A DNA stretch of 64,000 nt from assembly GCA_965205975.1 (NCBI GenBank), contig OZ242195.1, positions 2,496,001-2,560,000 on the forward strand. The letters are read 5' to 3'. A program made the translations under genes and the position numbers. A model generated the notes under the pieces. It saw nothing but the letters and a program-made list of their open reading frames with translations, was not told the origin of the DNA and did no database searches. This document shows positions 20,580-29,622 of the stretch, piece by piece. Each line of letters opens with the position of its first letter. Within the stretch, counting starts at the first letter, position 1. The DNA is from Candidatus Latescibacterota bacterium (lineage in GTDB: Bacteria; Latescibacterota; UBA2968).

Positions 20580-21863
20580 GTGACATACTCTCTGATAAAA
20601 TCCGTGAATACCGGGTCAGGAAAGATCGTGTTAGGCCAATCTGGATTCTGTAGATATTGCCACAAAGAAAGTCCAGAGGTTTCTTTTTCCAAGGAAGCGC
20701 ATGCCATACCGCACTTGTTAGGCAATAACGAGATATTCTCACAAGATGAATGCAACTCATGCAATGAGTTCTTCGGCAATGGATATGATGACGACCTATC
20801 CAAATACTTAGGAGGGATGCGTACTCTTTCACAAATCCCAGGTAAGCAAGGAGTTCCAAGCTACAAGACCAAACAGAAGTTGTCGAGAATAGATGTGGAA
20901 GAAGATGGCGTAAAAATGGTTAGTACCTATGGGGATGAGATTGTTCATATCAACGAGAAATCAAATACTGCGGAAATCGAGATACAGAAGCAACCATATT
21001 CACCACTGGGCGTGTATAAATCCCTCGTGAAGATGGCTATCGCCTTGGCTCACCAAGATATTCTCCCACAATTGGACCTCACCAGACAATGGCTGATACG
21101 AAATGACATTGACAAATATCCATATTTCAGGCCGTTTATGATACAAACCTTCATCCCCGGCCCTGCTCCAATGGAAAATACACTATTCGCAATGCTCTTA
21201 AAAAGATCAAAAGAAGTGGATATGCCATCACTAGTTTTTTGGCTTTCTGTATCCAACTACTGTTTTCAAATACCCGTGCCCTGTCCTGAATTGGATCAAA
21301 ACCTATTCGGTCACGAAATTAAGTTTCCCAGAATACCGCACATTCTTGAGGGCAAAAATCCTTATGGCCCCCCAATATTCCAAAAGGTAGATCTTTTTCA
21401 AAAAGAGAAGGTCTATAATCAGTCTGAAACTGTAGCTATGCATTATGACAAAATAATTTTAAGAAATACACCCCTTGACGAAGTTATAGACCCCGATCTC
21501 GAAGCTGCGTTAAAAGACCTCCAAGACGCACGACTTGAGGCAGAGGAAGAAGGTTTTCTCCGTCCTTCGGACGAGGCCCTAAGGAATGCCGAACAGGTGC
21601 TGCGTAGCCTTTATGATACCTGGGCCTGCCGGTACGAGGTCTATCCGATGCCCGATGGGGAAATCGCTATCCATGTGAGGGGTGGGCCTCGTAAGTCGGT
21701 GGCGTTGTTATTCGAGCCAGAAGGTCAAGTATTGTGCTTGGTGAGTTTGGGGGCGAACTGGAGACGAGCACGCTATTCAAATTCAGCAACACTTCCAGAC
21801 GCATTCGTAATGGAGGCATTGAAGGAACTTAGAGACGCTACTGGAGAGCAAATTGCAAAATAA
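20580..21863 (+). CDS. HNH endonuclease-like protein fused to a ~130-aa acidic C-terminal domain of unknown function
   Basis: CRYC..AHAIPHLLGN..DECNSCNEFFG zinc-HNH pattern; AAGGAG RBS before the GTG. Confidence 0.75.
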   Translation: MTYSLIKSVNTGSGKIVLGQSGFCRYCHKESPEVSFSKEAHAIPHLLGNNEIFSQDECNSCNEFFGNGYDDDLSKYLGGMRTLSQIPGKQGVPSYKTKQKLSRIDVEEDGVKMVSTYGDEIVHINEKSNTAEIEIQKQPYSPLGVYKSLVKMAIALAHQDILPQLDLTRQWLIRNDIDKYPYFRPFMIQTFIPGPAPMENTLFAMLLKRSKEVDMPSLVFWLSVSNYCFQIPVPCPELDQNLFGHEIKFPRIPHILEGKNPYGPPIFQKVDLFQKEKVYNQSETVAMHYDKIILRNTPLDEVIDPDLEAALKDLQDARLEAEEEGFLRPSDEALRNAEQVLRSLYDTWACRYEVYPMPDGEIAIHVRGGPRKSVALLFEPEGQVLCLVSLGANWRRARYSNSATLPDAFVMEALKELRDATGEQIAK

Positions 21864-22284
21864 TATCACAGGGATGGCTCCTGACGAAGAACTCGGACGT
21901 GGCGTCTTTTCCAGCAAAACGGCTCGGAGAGCGAAACGAGGGCAGATACCAAGTCATGTATTTCTAGAAAGTCGAGAGAATCCAAGGCGAAATGAATTAT
22001 CTGTCGATCGCCTGTCAATGGGTGCAATGACTGATCTCGTTGTGATTGCAGAGCAACGAGCTTCTGCACGCAATCGGAGGTTCTATGGATGGGCTGTGGT
22101 GGTGGTCAGGGATGCGGCGACAAGTGGGCGACAGGTGGTCGCTTCCCCTCTTCCGAATGGAGGCAACCCGTTTCACGCTGACATTGTTTTGCCTGCCTCG
22201 GTGATTGAGGATGAAGACGAGCGCAAGCATCACGCTGAAGAACTTGCAACCCTCTCGGTCTGGCAGACCAAGCCGGAAGATTGA
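21853..22284 (+). CDS. Hypothetical protein, possible ADP-ribosyltransferase-like fold
   Basis: Overlaps the upstream stop; pattern EELGR..F..LSVDR..NPFHADI. Fold is inferred. Confidence 0.55.
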   Translation: MQNNITGMAPDEELGRGVFSSKTARRAKRGQIPSHVFLESRENPRRNELSVDRLSMGAMTDLVVIAEQRASARNRRFYGWAVVVVRDAATSGRQVVASPLPNGGNPFHADIVLPASVIEDEDERKHHAEELATLSVWQTKPED

Positions 22285-22438
22285 CCTCAAGACAGCACAA
22301 AACAACATTGAGGTGATGAGGGCTGTCTTGCGTGAAGGTGATAGGCGAGACAGCCTTCCTTCTATTCTATAGTCTGCGACGCATGGTCGTCGTGTAACCA
22401 ATGTTTTGTAAAGTATCCTAACCATTGGAGAAAAAACT

Positions 22439-24037
22439 GTGGCAAAACCCAATATCATTGTCATTCTCGTAGATGACATGGGCTATTCGGATCTCGGCTC
22501 TTATGGTGGCGAGATCCGGACGCCCAATCTGGACCGCCTATCGGCAAATGGCTTGCGATTCACGCAAAGTTACAACTCTGCCCGCTGTTGTCCCTCGCGG
22601 GCTTCGCTGCTCACAGGACTGTATTCCCATCAAGCTGGTATCGCCAATTTTACGGGAAGAGATCAAACCGCCGAACTGGGACCGGCCTATTTGGGCAGGC
22701 TAAACAACAACTGCGTGACATTGGCCGAAGTCCTAAAAACCGAGGGCTACAGCACGTACGGCGTTGGAAAATGGCACGTTGGCGATCAATCTAACCCAAC
22801 AGACCGGGGATTTGACGAATACTACGGATTCATCAAAGGCCACAGCGCTCCACAATGGGATCCGTCTTATTATCATCGCTATCCCGAAACTCGAACACCC
22901 GAACTTTCTTTTACCGACGATGCATACTACGCAACAGAAGCATTCAACGATTACGCCATAGAATTTATCGAACAGGCACAACAAAAACACAATCCCTATT
23001 TCCTCTACCTCGCCCACTCGGCTCCACATTTTCCCTTACATGCCCCAGCAGAAACCCGCGATTCATATATCGATATTTACCGCCGAGGTTGGGATGTGTT
23101 GCGCCGTGAACGCTACGCCCGCCAGAAAAAATCCGGCCTAGCAACAGAGAACTGGCAATTCACACCGCGTTCAATAGTCCCTATTGAAGAAAATGATGCC
23201 ATCGCAAACGGGTATAGCGGCAAACAGAATCCCGCGTGGGAGGATCTCCCCCAAGACCGACAGGAAGATCTCGCCTACCGCATGGCGGTATTCGCTGCGA
23301 TGATCGAGCATATCGATCGCGGTATAGGCAGAATCATTGATCGTCTGGAAAAAGCAGGAGACCTGGACAACACACTCATCCTGTTTACAAGCGACAATGG
23401 CGCGTGTTACGAATGGGGACCCTTTGGATTTGACGAGCGCAGCAGATCGGGCGTCACCCATCTCCACACAGGTGAAGAACTCAAAAAAATCGGTGGACCG
23501 GACACCTATCACTCTGTGGGCAGCGCGTGGTCGTGCCTGAGCAACACACCGCTGCGCATGTACAAACACTACAACCACGAAGGCGGAAATTGCAGCCCAT
23601 TCATCGCCCATTGGCCCGAAGGGATTGCGCAACCCGACCGCTGGGTTCGCACCCCCATGCACCTGTTTGACATCATGCCAACTATATGCGAAATTACCGG
23701 AGCCGAATATCCCGAAACGCACAATGGAGAACGCATTCACCCACAAGAAGGGACGAGCCTTGTTCCCCTATTCAACGCACAAAACCTGCCCGAACGCAGC
23801 CTGTGCTTCGATCACTTTGAAGCCAGCGCCATACGCAGGGGAAAATGGAAATTGCTGAAAGGCAATACCCGATACCCCAACGGAGATTGGGAACTCTACG
23901 ATATGGAAATAGACCGCTGTGAAACCAGCGATCTATCATCAGAACATCCCGAATTGGTAAAATCACTCGAGCGAGAATGGACCGAATGGGCTGTGCGGGT
24001 TAAAGTACATCCTTATTACAAGGAGGTGCCCTCATGA
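22439..24037 (+). CDS. Arylsulfatase
   Basis: PNIIVILVDDMG, CCPSRASLLTG (formylglycine motif), GKWH, SDNG. Confidence 0.95.
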   Translation: MAKPNIIVILVDDMGYSDLGSYGGEIRTPNLDRLSANGLRFTQSYNSARCCPSRASLLTGLYSHQAGIANFTGRDQTAELGPAYLGRLNNNCVTLAEVLKTEGYSTYGVGKWHVGDQSNPTDRGFDEYYGFIKGHSAPQWDPSYYHRYPETRTPELSFTDDAYYATEAFNDYAIEFIEQAQQKHNPYFLYLAHSAPHFPLHAPAETRDSYIDIYRRGWDVLRRERYARQKKSGLATENWQFTPRSIVPIEENDAIANGYSGKQNPAWEDLPQDRQEDLAYRMAVFAAMIEHIDRGIGRIIDRLEKAGDLDNTLILFTSDNGACYEWGPFGFDERSRSGVTHLHTGEELKKIGGPDTYHSVGSAWSCLSNTPLRMYKHYNHEGGNCSPFIAHWPEGIAQPDRWVRTPMHLFDIMPTICEITGAEYPETHNGERIHPQEGTSLVPLFNAQNLPERSLCFDHFEASAIRRGKWKLLKGNTRYPNGDWELYDMEIDRCETSDLSSEHPELVKSLEREWTEWAVRVKVHPYYKEVPS

Positions 24038-25311
24038 ACATAACTCAATTTACAATGGAAGAGGTGCGTTGTTTTGCCGAACGCCAACAATTTAAAATTC
24101 GGCCCCTGACTTTTTTGGTTGGAGAAAACAGCACAGGCAAGACAACAGCACTGGCATGTTTTCAGGTATTGGCAAATTATTTGAAGGAGGGAGTAGTTAA
24201 TTTCAATTCAGAGCCCTATTCAATGGGTATCTTTCGAGATATTGTCAGAAATAGCAGACCAAAAGGCAACGCTTTTAAGCTGGGATTTACTTTTACTGGT
24301 GATCGTGAAGATGTCGAATACACCGTTGAATGTGTGCAAAAAAAGGATGGACTTGAGCCTGCTATCGAGTCCGTAACAATAAAATTCACCGATGGTGAGA
24401 TCGTTTTCAAAACAGAAGAGGGAGAGAGAAAGGGTATAAATTTAGCCTCTTTTCAAGGAATTCGTAGTCATTATGTAGGTGTAGATGCTAATTTCTTGGA
24501 TCATAGTACCCTCTCTTACCTTTTAAATCATTTCTATTTGACAGAGAATGAAAGTTCCTTAGCAGAATATATAGAAAAAAAGTATGAAGAGATTGGAGGC
24601 CTGGGAGATCTGCGTGGCATATCCGTATTTAGTACAGCGCCGGTTCGCTCACGCCCCAAACGGACTTATGATCCTACAAGGGAATTTAATGACCCCGAAG
24701 GAAGCGATGTACCAATGCGGCTAATGCGGATAGAATCAACAAAAAAAGACGAATGGGAAGCCTTGAAACAAGCATTGGTCGAATTTGGCAAGAGTTCGGG
24801 ATTATTTCAGAACATCGAAATTCAAACTCTTGGCGGATCCCTGAGTGCTCCATTTCAAATAAAAATTAAGGTGAGGGGACCCAATTCCAATATCATCGAC
24901 GTAGGATATGGAGTCAGTCAGATTTTGCCAATTTTGGTGCATATTTTAAGTCCTTCTCCTCTTGCACAATGGCATAACGCCTACTTCTTATTACAACAGC
25001 CTGAAGTCCATCTACACCCAACGGCGCAAGCCCAACTCTCTTCTTTAATGGCGACATCGGCAAGCCAGGGTGATCAGTCTTTCATCGTTGAAACGCATAG
25101 CGATTACATGATTGACCGCGCACGCATTGAAATCAGGAAAGGCACCATCAGCCCCAAAGATGTGTCGCTAATCTATTTAGAACCTAAGGGACGCGTTGTC
25201 AATGTGCATAATATCAGCTTTGATAAGACGGGTAATATGATTGGTGTGCCGACGCATTACAGAAAATTTTTCATGAAAGAATATCGACGGCTCATGGGTT
25301 TTGAGGACTAA
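24034..25311 (+). CDS. ABC/AAA_15-21-like ATPase (DUF3696-type C-terminus)
   Basis: Walker A GENSTGKT, signature DVGYGVSQ, Walker B/D-loop LLQQPEVHLHP, H-loop VETHS. Confidence 0.88.
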   Translation: MNITQFTMEEVRCFAERQQFKIRPLTFLVGENSTGKTTALACFQVLANYLKEGVVNFNSEPYSMGIFRDIVRNSRPKGNAFKLGFTFTGDREDVEYTVECVQKKDGLEPAIESVTIKFTDGEIVFKTEEGERKGINLASFQGIRSHYVGVDANFLDHSTLSYLLNHFYLTENESSLAEYIEKKYEEIGGLGDLRGISVFSTAPVRSRPKRTYDPTREFNDPEGSDVPMRLMRIESTKKDEWEALKQALVEFGKSSGLFQNIEIQTLGGSLSAPFQIKIKVRGPNSNIIDVGYGVSQILPILVHILSPSPLAQWHNAYFLLQQPEVHLHPTAQAQLSSLMATSASQGDQSFIVETHSDYMIDRARIEIRKGTISPKDVSLIYLEPKGRVVNVHNISFDKTGNMIGVPTHYRKFFMKEYRRLMGFED

Positions 25312-25312
25312 T

Positions 25313-25735
25313 ATGTGTGTTATTTTGGATGCCAATATGTTTGGCGAATTTAAGGATCAAGACAATGAAGACATGCAACCCTTGTGGAATTGGTTGGAAA
25401 ACAAAAACGGCAAAATAGCTTACACCAATACCAGGAAATTTGACGAAGAATGGGAAAGAGGGGGCGTGACAGATTTAATAAAACTATTGAAACAAGCCGA
25501 GAAACTCAAAGAGGTACCTGCGCCAGATGTGCAACAAAAAGTGAATGAACTGACAGGCAAAATAGAATCCGATGACCCGCATATTATTGCATTAGCCATT
25601 GTCGCAAACGTAAAAGTACTGGTCTCCAGCGACCAAGCATTGCACCAGGACTTTAAGAATCGCAATCTGGTCGGTGGTAAAGTGTATCAAAACAAAAAAC
25701 ATGCACGCTTGCTTACCAAGGATACCTGTCCTTAG
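25313..25735 (+). CDS. PIN-domain nuclease
   Basis: VILDAN..SDDPHIIALA..LVSSD acidic residues of PIN; GAGGA RBS; starts right after the ATPase stop. Confidence 0.8.
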   Translation: MCVILDANMFGEFKDQDNEDMQPLWNWLENKNGKIAYTNTRKFDEEWERGGVTDLIKLLKQAEKLKEVPAPDVQQKVNELTGKIESDDPHIIALAIVANVKVLVSSDQALHQDFKNRNLVGGKVYQNKKHARLLTKDTCP

Positions 25736-25741
25736 TTGCCT

Positions 25742-26788
25742 TCATCTCACTTTTTCAACAAACGGCCACATAAGATCGCTGTAGAAGCGGTGGCCCGCGG
25801 CACCGTAGTGGTGTTCGACGTGATCGGGCACACCGGCGACCTCGTAGAGACGCGCAATACCTTTGACTGCGCGATCGACTTCGGGTACAGGGAATAGCGT
25901 ATCCTGTTTCCCATTCACAATACAGAGATGGCGCGGGGCAATAAGACCTGTAACATCCCAAATCTCGCCAAAGCGCAAAATGCCGGGCACGCCATTGCAA
26001 TCGCAATGGTGAATCAAACCACTGGTGCCCACAAGCGTACAAAAAGAACAACTTGGCACAGCAATAGTAATGCGGGGATCAACCGCGGCGGCATAGCAGG
26101 TAATCACCCCACCGCCCGAATTGCCCATAACCAGAATCGTAGATGTATCGATCTCGGGAATATCCTGTGCCCAATCAATAAGACGCATCACATCCCACAC
26201 GCGCTCACCCGTCGCCGTGCGCCCGGCGAGCAAAGCATGCATGAACTGGCTGCGGCAATCGCGGTTATCGTGGCGCTTGTTAATATCGGGAATAGCCGTA
26301 GTACTCGTACCGCGGGCAGCGGGCGCAATAGCGGCAAACCCGCGCCTGACCGCCTGAACAGCAACATCGCGGTCTTCGGCCTCGATCTTCTTGCGATGGT
26401 CGTCATCGCGCGATTTCCCAATATACGTATCCATTCCGTATTTATCGTGTCCATGAGGCAAAACAGCGAGCGGGAAAGGGCCATCACCCCTGGGCAGGAG
26501 ATACCAGAACGGCAAACCAAAACGCGGCTCGGTAGTAATAACGCCGGGTTGCAACGTATAATCGCCCATATCTTGTGCTGCACTGAGTTGCACCTGAATC
26601 GTGTGATCGCCCAGAGACGCGCCAATACTTTCAAGGCCCAGCATATGCTGAAGCACCGGACGCGCCTCGTCTTGCCATTGAAAAAAAGATTCGCGATCAA
26701 CTGCTCGACACGCGACATAGCGCAGTTCATCGGCATAAAGAGAATCGAGATAGGTGCGAACAGCACCGCTGTGTTCGGGATGTTCCAT
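25742..26788 (-). CDS. Alpha/beta hydrolase (acetyl xylan esterase/dienelactone hydrolase-like)
   Basis: LPHGH, GERVWD, GNSGGG nucleophile elbow, LIAPR, GHRFY. Start trimmed to ATG 26788. Confidence 0.85.
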   Translation of the reverse strand: MEHPEHSGAVRTYLDSLYADELRYVACRAVDRESFFQWQDEARPVLQHMLGLESIGASLGDHTIQVQLSAAQDMGDYTLQPGVITTEPRFGLPFWYLLPRGDGPFPLAVLPHGHDKYGMDTYIGKSRDDDHRKKIEAEDRDVAVQAVRRGFAAIAPAARGTSTTAIPDINKRHDNRDCRSQFMHALLAGRTATGERVWDVMRLIDWAQDIPEIDTSTILVMGNSGGGVITCYAAAVDPRITIAVPSCSFCTLVGTSGLIHHCDCNGVPGILRFGEIWDVTGLIAPRHLCIVNGKQDTLFPVPEVDRAVKGIARLYEVAGVPDHVEHHYGAAGHRFYSDLMWPFVEKVR

Positions 26789-26813
26789 ATTGAATAACCT
26801 TTCGAGGAAAAAA

Positions 26814-27578
26814 ATGGCAGACACACTGCGAGAAGTACTGGATTTTGCAACAGATGCCGCCTGGCAAGCCGGGCGGATCACGCTACAGTATTTTCAGACC
26901 GGCGTCGAAGTAGAGGAAAAGGCGGATGAATCACCTGTAACAGCCGCAGATAAAGGAGCTGAAACAAAATTGCGGGAAATGATCGAAACGCGCTTTCCCA
27001 ATGACGGCATTGTGGGAGAAGAGCACGAAGACAAACAAGGCACAACCGGACGACGGTGGATTTTAGACCCCATTGACGGCACAAAATCATTCGTACACGG
27101 CGTACCGCTCTACGGGGTAATGGTCGGCGTAGAGGTCGAGGACAAACCCGCCGTTGGCGTCGTTCATTTTCCAGCACTAAATGAAATGATTTGTGCTGCC
27201 AGTGGATTGGGTTGCACATGGAATGGTCGCCCCGCAAAGGTATCTGATATATCGGATATTCAGGACGCAACCGTGATTTTGACCGATTTCGTGAATGGGC
27301 ATGGGCGAGGCGAAGCCATAAACCGGATTTGCTCACGCGCCAAACTCGTGCGCGGCTGGGGCGATTGTTATGGCCACATGCTCGTCGCAACCGGGCGTGC
27401 AGAAATCATGCTCGACCCCATTATGAGCGTATGGGATTGCGCCGCCCTCGCGCCCATCCTGAAAGAAGCGGGCGGCACATTCACGACGTGGAGCGGCGAA
27501 GCGACCATCTGGGGCAACGAAGCCGTGGGCACAAACGGAGCGTTGTTCGAAGAAGTAATGCAATTGATAAAAGGGTAA
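26814..27578 (+). CDS. hisN: Histidinol-phosphate phosphatase, inositol monophosphatase family
   Basis: KADESPVTAAD, GEE, WILDPIDGTKSF, GWGDCYG, WDCAA; GAGGA RBS. Confidence 0.82.
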   Translation: MADTLREVLDFATDAAWQAGRITLQYFQTGVEVEEKADESPVTAADKGAETKLREMIETRFPNDGIVGEEHEDKQGTTGRRWILDPIDGTKSFVHGVPLYGVMVGVEVEDKPAVGVVHFPALNEMICAASGLGCTWNGRPAKVSDISDIQDATVILTDFVNGHGRGEAINRICSRAKLVRGWGDCYGHMLVATGRAEIMLDPIMSVWDCAALAPILKEAGGTFTTWSGEATIWGNEAVGTNGALFEEVMQLIKG

Positions 27579-27580
27579 TT

Positions 27581-28780
27581 TTACCCCGCAAATATCGAGC
27601 GATTTGATATGCCACAGATGTGGTCTTCGCGCATAAAACCGGGAACAAATTGGGCGGTTCGGCCAGAAGGTGCCACACCTGTATAGTAGCCCGAAAATTG
27701 TTCATTGAAAGTAGTCAAACGGTCGCGCGAAGCCTCACTACTCTCCGCAGCCACAATGTACGCATTGTTAAAAACCCCATTTTCTATTAGCCCTGTGCCG
27801 CCTGCTGCCACGATATGCCCATCAATCGTATTGAGAATAGCATCTGCATCGTCTCCCCCCACACCGCTCACGAGTACCTCGGAGACCCCCTGCCGCCGAA
27901 TGGCTGTCCAGGTACTAAACCCATCGACAATCTCCCCCGAGCGATCAATAGCGACATCGCCGGTAACACAGCGCGGTTGGGGTTCAACAATGCCATCGAG
28001 ATTGGGAATGCGCGAGACCGGATAAATTCTACCTGCAGGGCGGTGGTCGCCAAAATAATCGGCAATCACTTCGCGCACAGTTTCAATGCGCGCCCAGGTT
28101 GCCGAAGGATTGTCGTCAATCGCCACGAGAACCTCGAGATGTGCAGTCTGCGTTCTGAAATCCACATTGTCAGCCGCGAGCTTTTTTTCGTACTGTTCTA
28201 CGAGCACAAATTCCATCTCTTGCTTGAGATCATCCCCAAGTGTCGTAACCGTATTGCCTCCGGCATCGGTGTGCATCACCGACGCACCACTGGGTTGGTG
28301 ATCGGTCCACGCACCGTATTCGATCTTCCCATCGCCAAAGGAAATATCCTCGCCCGTAACAGCTTTAATTTCCACCTCAAAAAGTGCTACTGGATCTGGA
28401 AACCCTTCCCCATGGGTAAAACGCGCCATGCGATTAGATTTGAGTTCACAACCCGTCACAGCATCAATCATAGGGCCATATACGGCATTAAACGCATCTC
28501 GGTAAGCCTCGCAGTCTTCACGGCGATCAGATGGCGTCGTCCACAGGACATCGGTTTTGTACACATCACCCCAATTTGCGCCCCCGCGAACAAGGCCCAG
28601 ACTCAGATTCTCAATGGTGCCAAACCACTCTGACCCGAGTTCATTGGGATACTGCGTGCCCACATTGCCGCTGGGTTCAACGAGGCGCACGACCTGGTCG
28701 TCGTCATAAGTCATAACGACTTCGGCTGTACTACAAAAAATGGGAATAGGCTTGTGACGGATAATATTGACGCTTGCCAT
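27581..28780 (-). CDS. Hypothetical protein with three tandem Rid (YjgF/YER057c/UK114)-like domains
   Basis: DVYKTDV..FNAVY..ARF..FPDPVALFEVEIKA; DYFGDHRPAGRIYPVSRIP..IVE; FNEQFSGYY..PSGRTAQFV. Confidence 0.55.
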   Translation of the reverse strand: MASVNIIRHKPIPIFCSTAEVVMTYDDDQVVRLVEPSGNVGTQYPNELGSEWFGTIENLSLGLVRGGANWGDVYKTDVLWTTPSDRREDCEAYRDAFNAVYGPMIDAVTGCELKSNRMARFTHGEGFPDPVALFEVEIKAVTGEDISFGDGKIEYGAWTDHQPSGASVMHTDAGGNTVTTLGDDLKQEMEFVLVEQYEKKLAADNVDFRTQTAHLEVLVAIDDNPSATWARIETVREVIADYFGDHRPAGRIYPVSRIPNLDGIVEPQPRCVTGDVAIDRSGEIVDGFSTWTAIRRQGVSEVLVSGVGGDDADAILNTIDGHIVAAGGTGLIENGVFNNAYIVAAESSEASRDRLTTFNEQFSGYYTGVAPSGRTAQFVPGFMREDHICGISNRSIFAG

Positions 28781-28869
28781 AGAGAGAAATCCTTTGTTTT
28801 GGGGTTACCAGAAATTCGGTTTTCTACAAGATAGAGCTTGAAATACACAATGTCAATGCACGCGGAAGA

Positions 28870-29622
28870 TCAGCTATCGTTGGATTGAAAAAACGCCCGC
28901 GCTTCGGCCAGAGACTCGCGGTTACCAATATCGAGAACACCGCCATCAATATCGTAAGCATAAACAGTTTCGCATGTATGCAACCACTCCAAAAAATGCC
29001 CGGGCGCATCGGGATTGCCCCCGTTGGCAATATATTCTTTAAAACGGGGCAGTATCGACGCCGGATAAATATAAACCGGCGATGCCGACCACTCGGAAAT
29101 AGGTCTATCGGGTTTTTCAATAAATTGCAAAACGCGATTATCTTTGTCTAACCGGACATTGCCCCGGCACTTGCGATCATCGTAGTCGGGATTGTGGCGC
29201 ACGGCAATATGGGAGACGGGATTGCATTTGAATTTATTGACCAATTTTTGGAGGGAAAACAGCAGAATATTATCCGCAGCGAGAACGAGGACATCGTCGG
29301 CAATATCGCGCGCTTCAATCGCAAACTGGATATCGCCCACAGCCCCCAAACGATTGTCATTAGAGGTCGTACCATCGTCGAGTATCTCAGTCTCCACCCC
29401 GGTCTTTATCGCTCTATTTGCACGCGCCCAATCGGCAAAGTGCCCGTAAAATCGGCGATTGGTCACCACATAAACACCATCGATATCTGCAATAGCTTTA
29501 ATCTGTTCAAGCAAGTGATCGAGAATCGTCTTGCCCCCTACCTTGAGCAGAGGCTTGGGAAAATTTTTGGTAAGAGGATACAGCCGCGTGGCGTATCCCG
29601 CCGCAAGAATAATAGCTTTCAC
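28870..29622 (-). CDS. Sugar-1-phosphate nucleotidyltransferase
   Basis: AIILAAGYATRLYPLT..PKPLL; GTG start overlaps the kinase stop (GTGA). Confidence 0.9.
   Translation of the reverse strand: MKAIILAAGYATRLYPLTKNFPKPLLKVGGKTILDHLLEQIKAIADIDGVYVVTNRRFYGHFADWARANRAIKTGVETEILDDGTTSNDNRLGAVGDIQFAIEARDIADDVLVLAADNILLFSLQKLVNKFKCNPVSHIAVRHNPDYDDRKCRGNVRLDKDNRVLQFIEKPDRPISEWSASPVYIYPASILPRFKEYIANGGNPDAPGHFLEWLHTCETVYAYDIDGGVLDIGNRESLAEARAFFQSNDS

Noticed and set aside
20405..20653. 82-aa ORF between the RM and HNH genes
   Set aside because: No motif or RBS; overlaps a probable promoter (TTGACA at 20462) and the HNH start.
25928..26797. Long antisense ORFs (also 27815-28633, 39365-40165, 42984-43766, 52320-53600)
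   Set aside because: Shadows of well-supported genes on the opposite strand.
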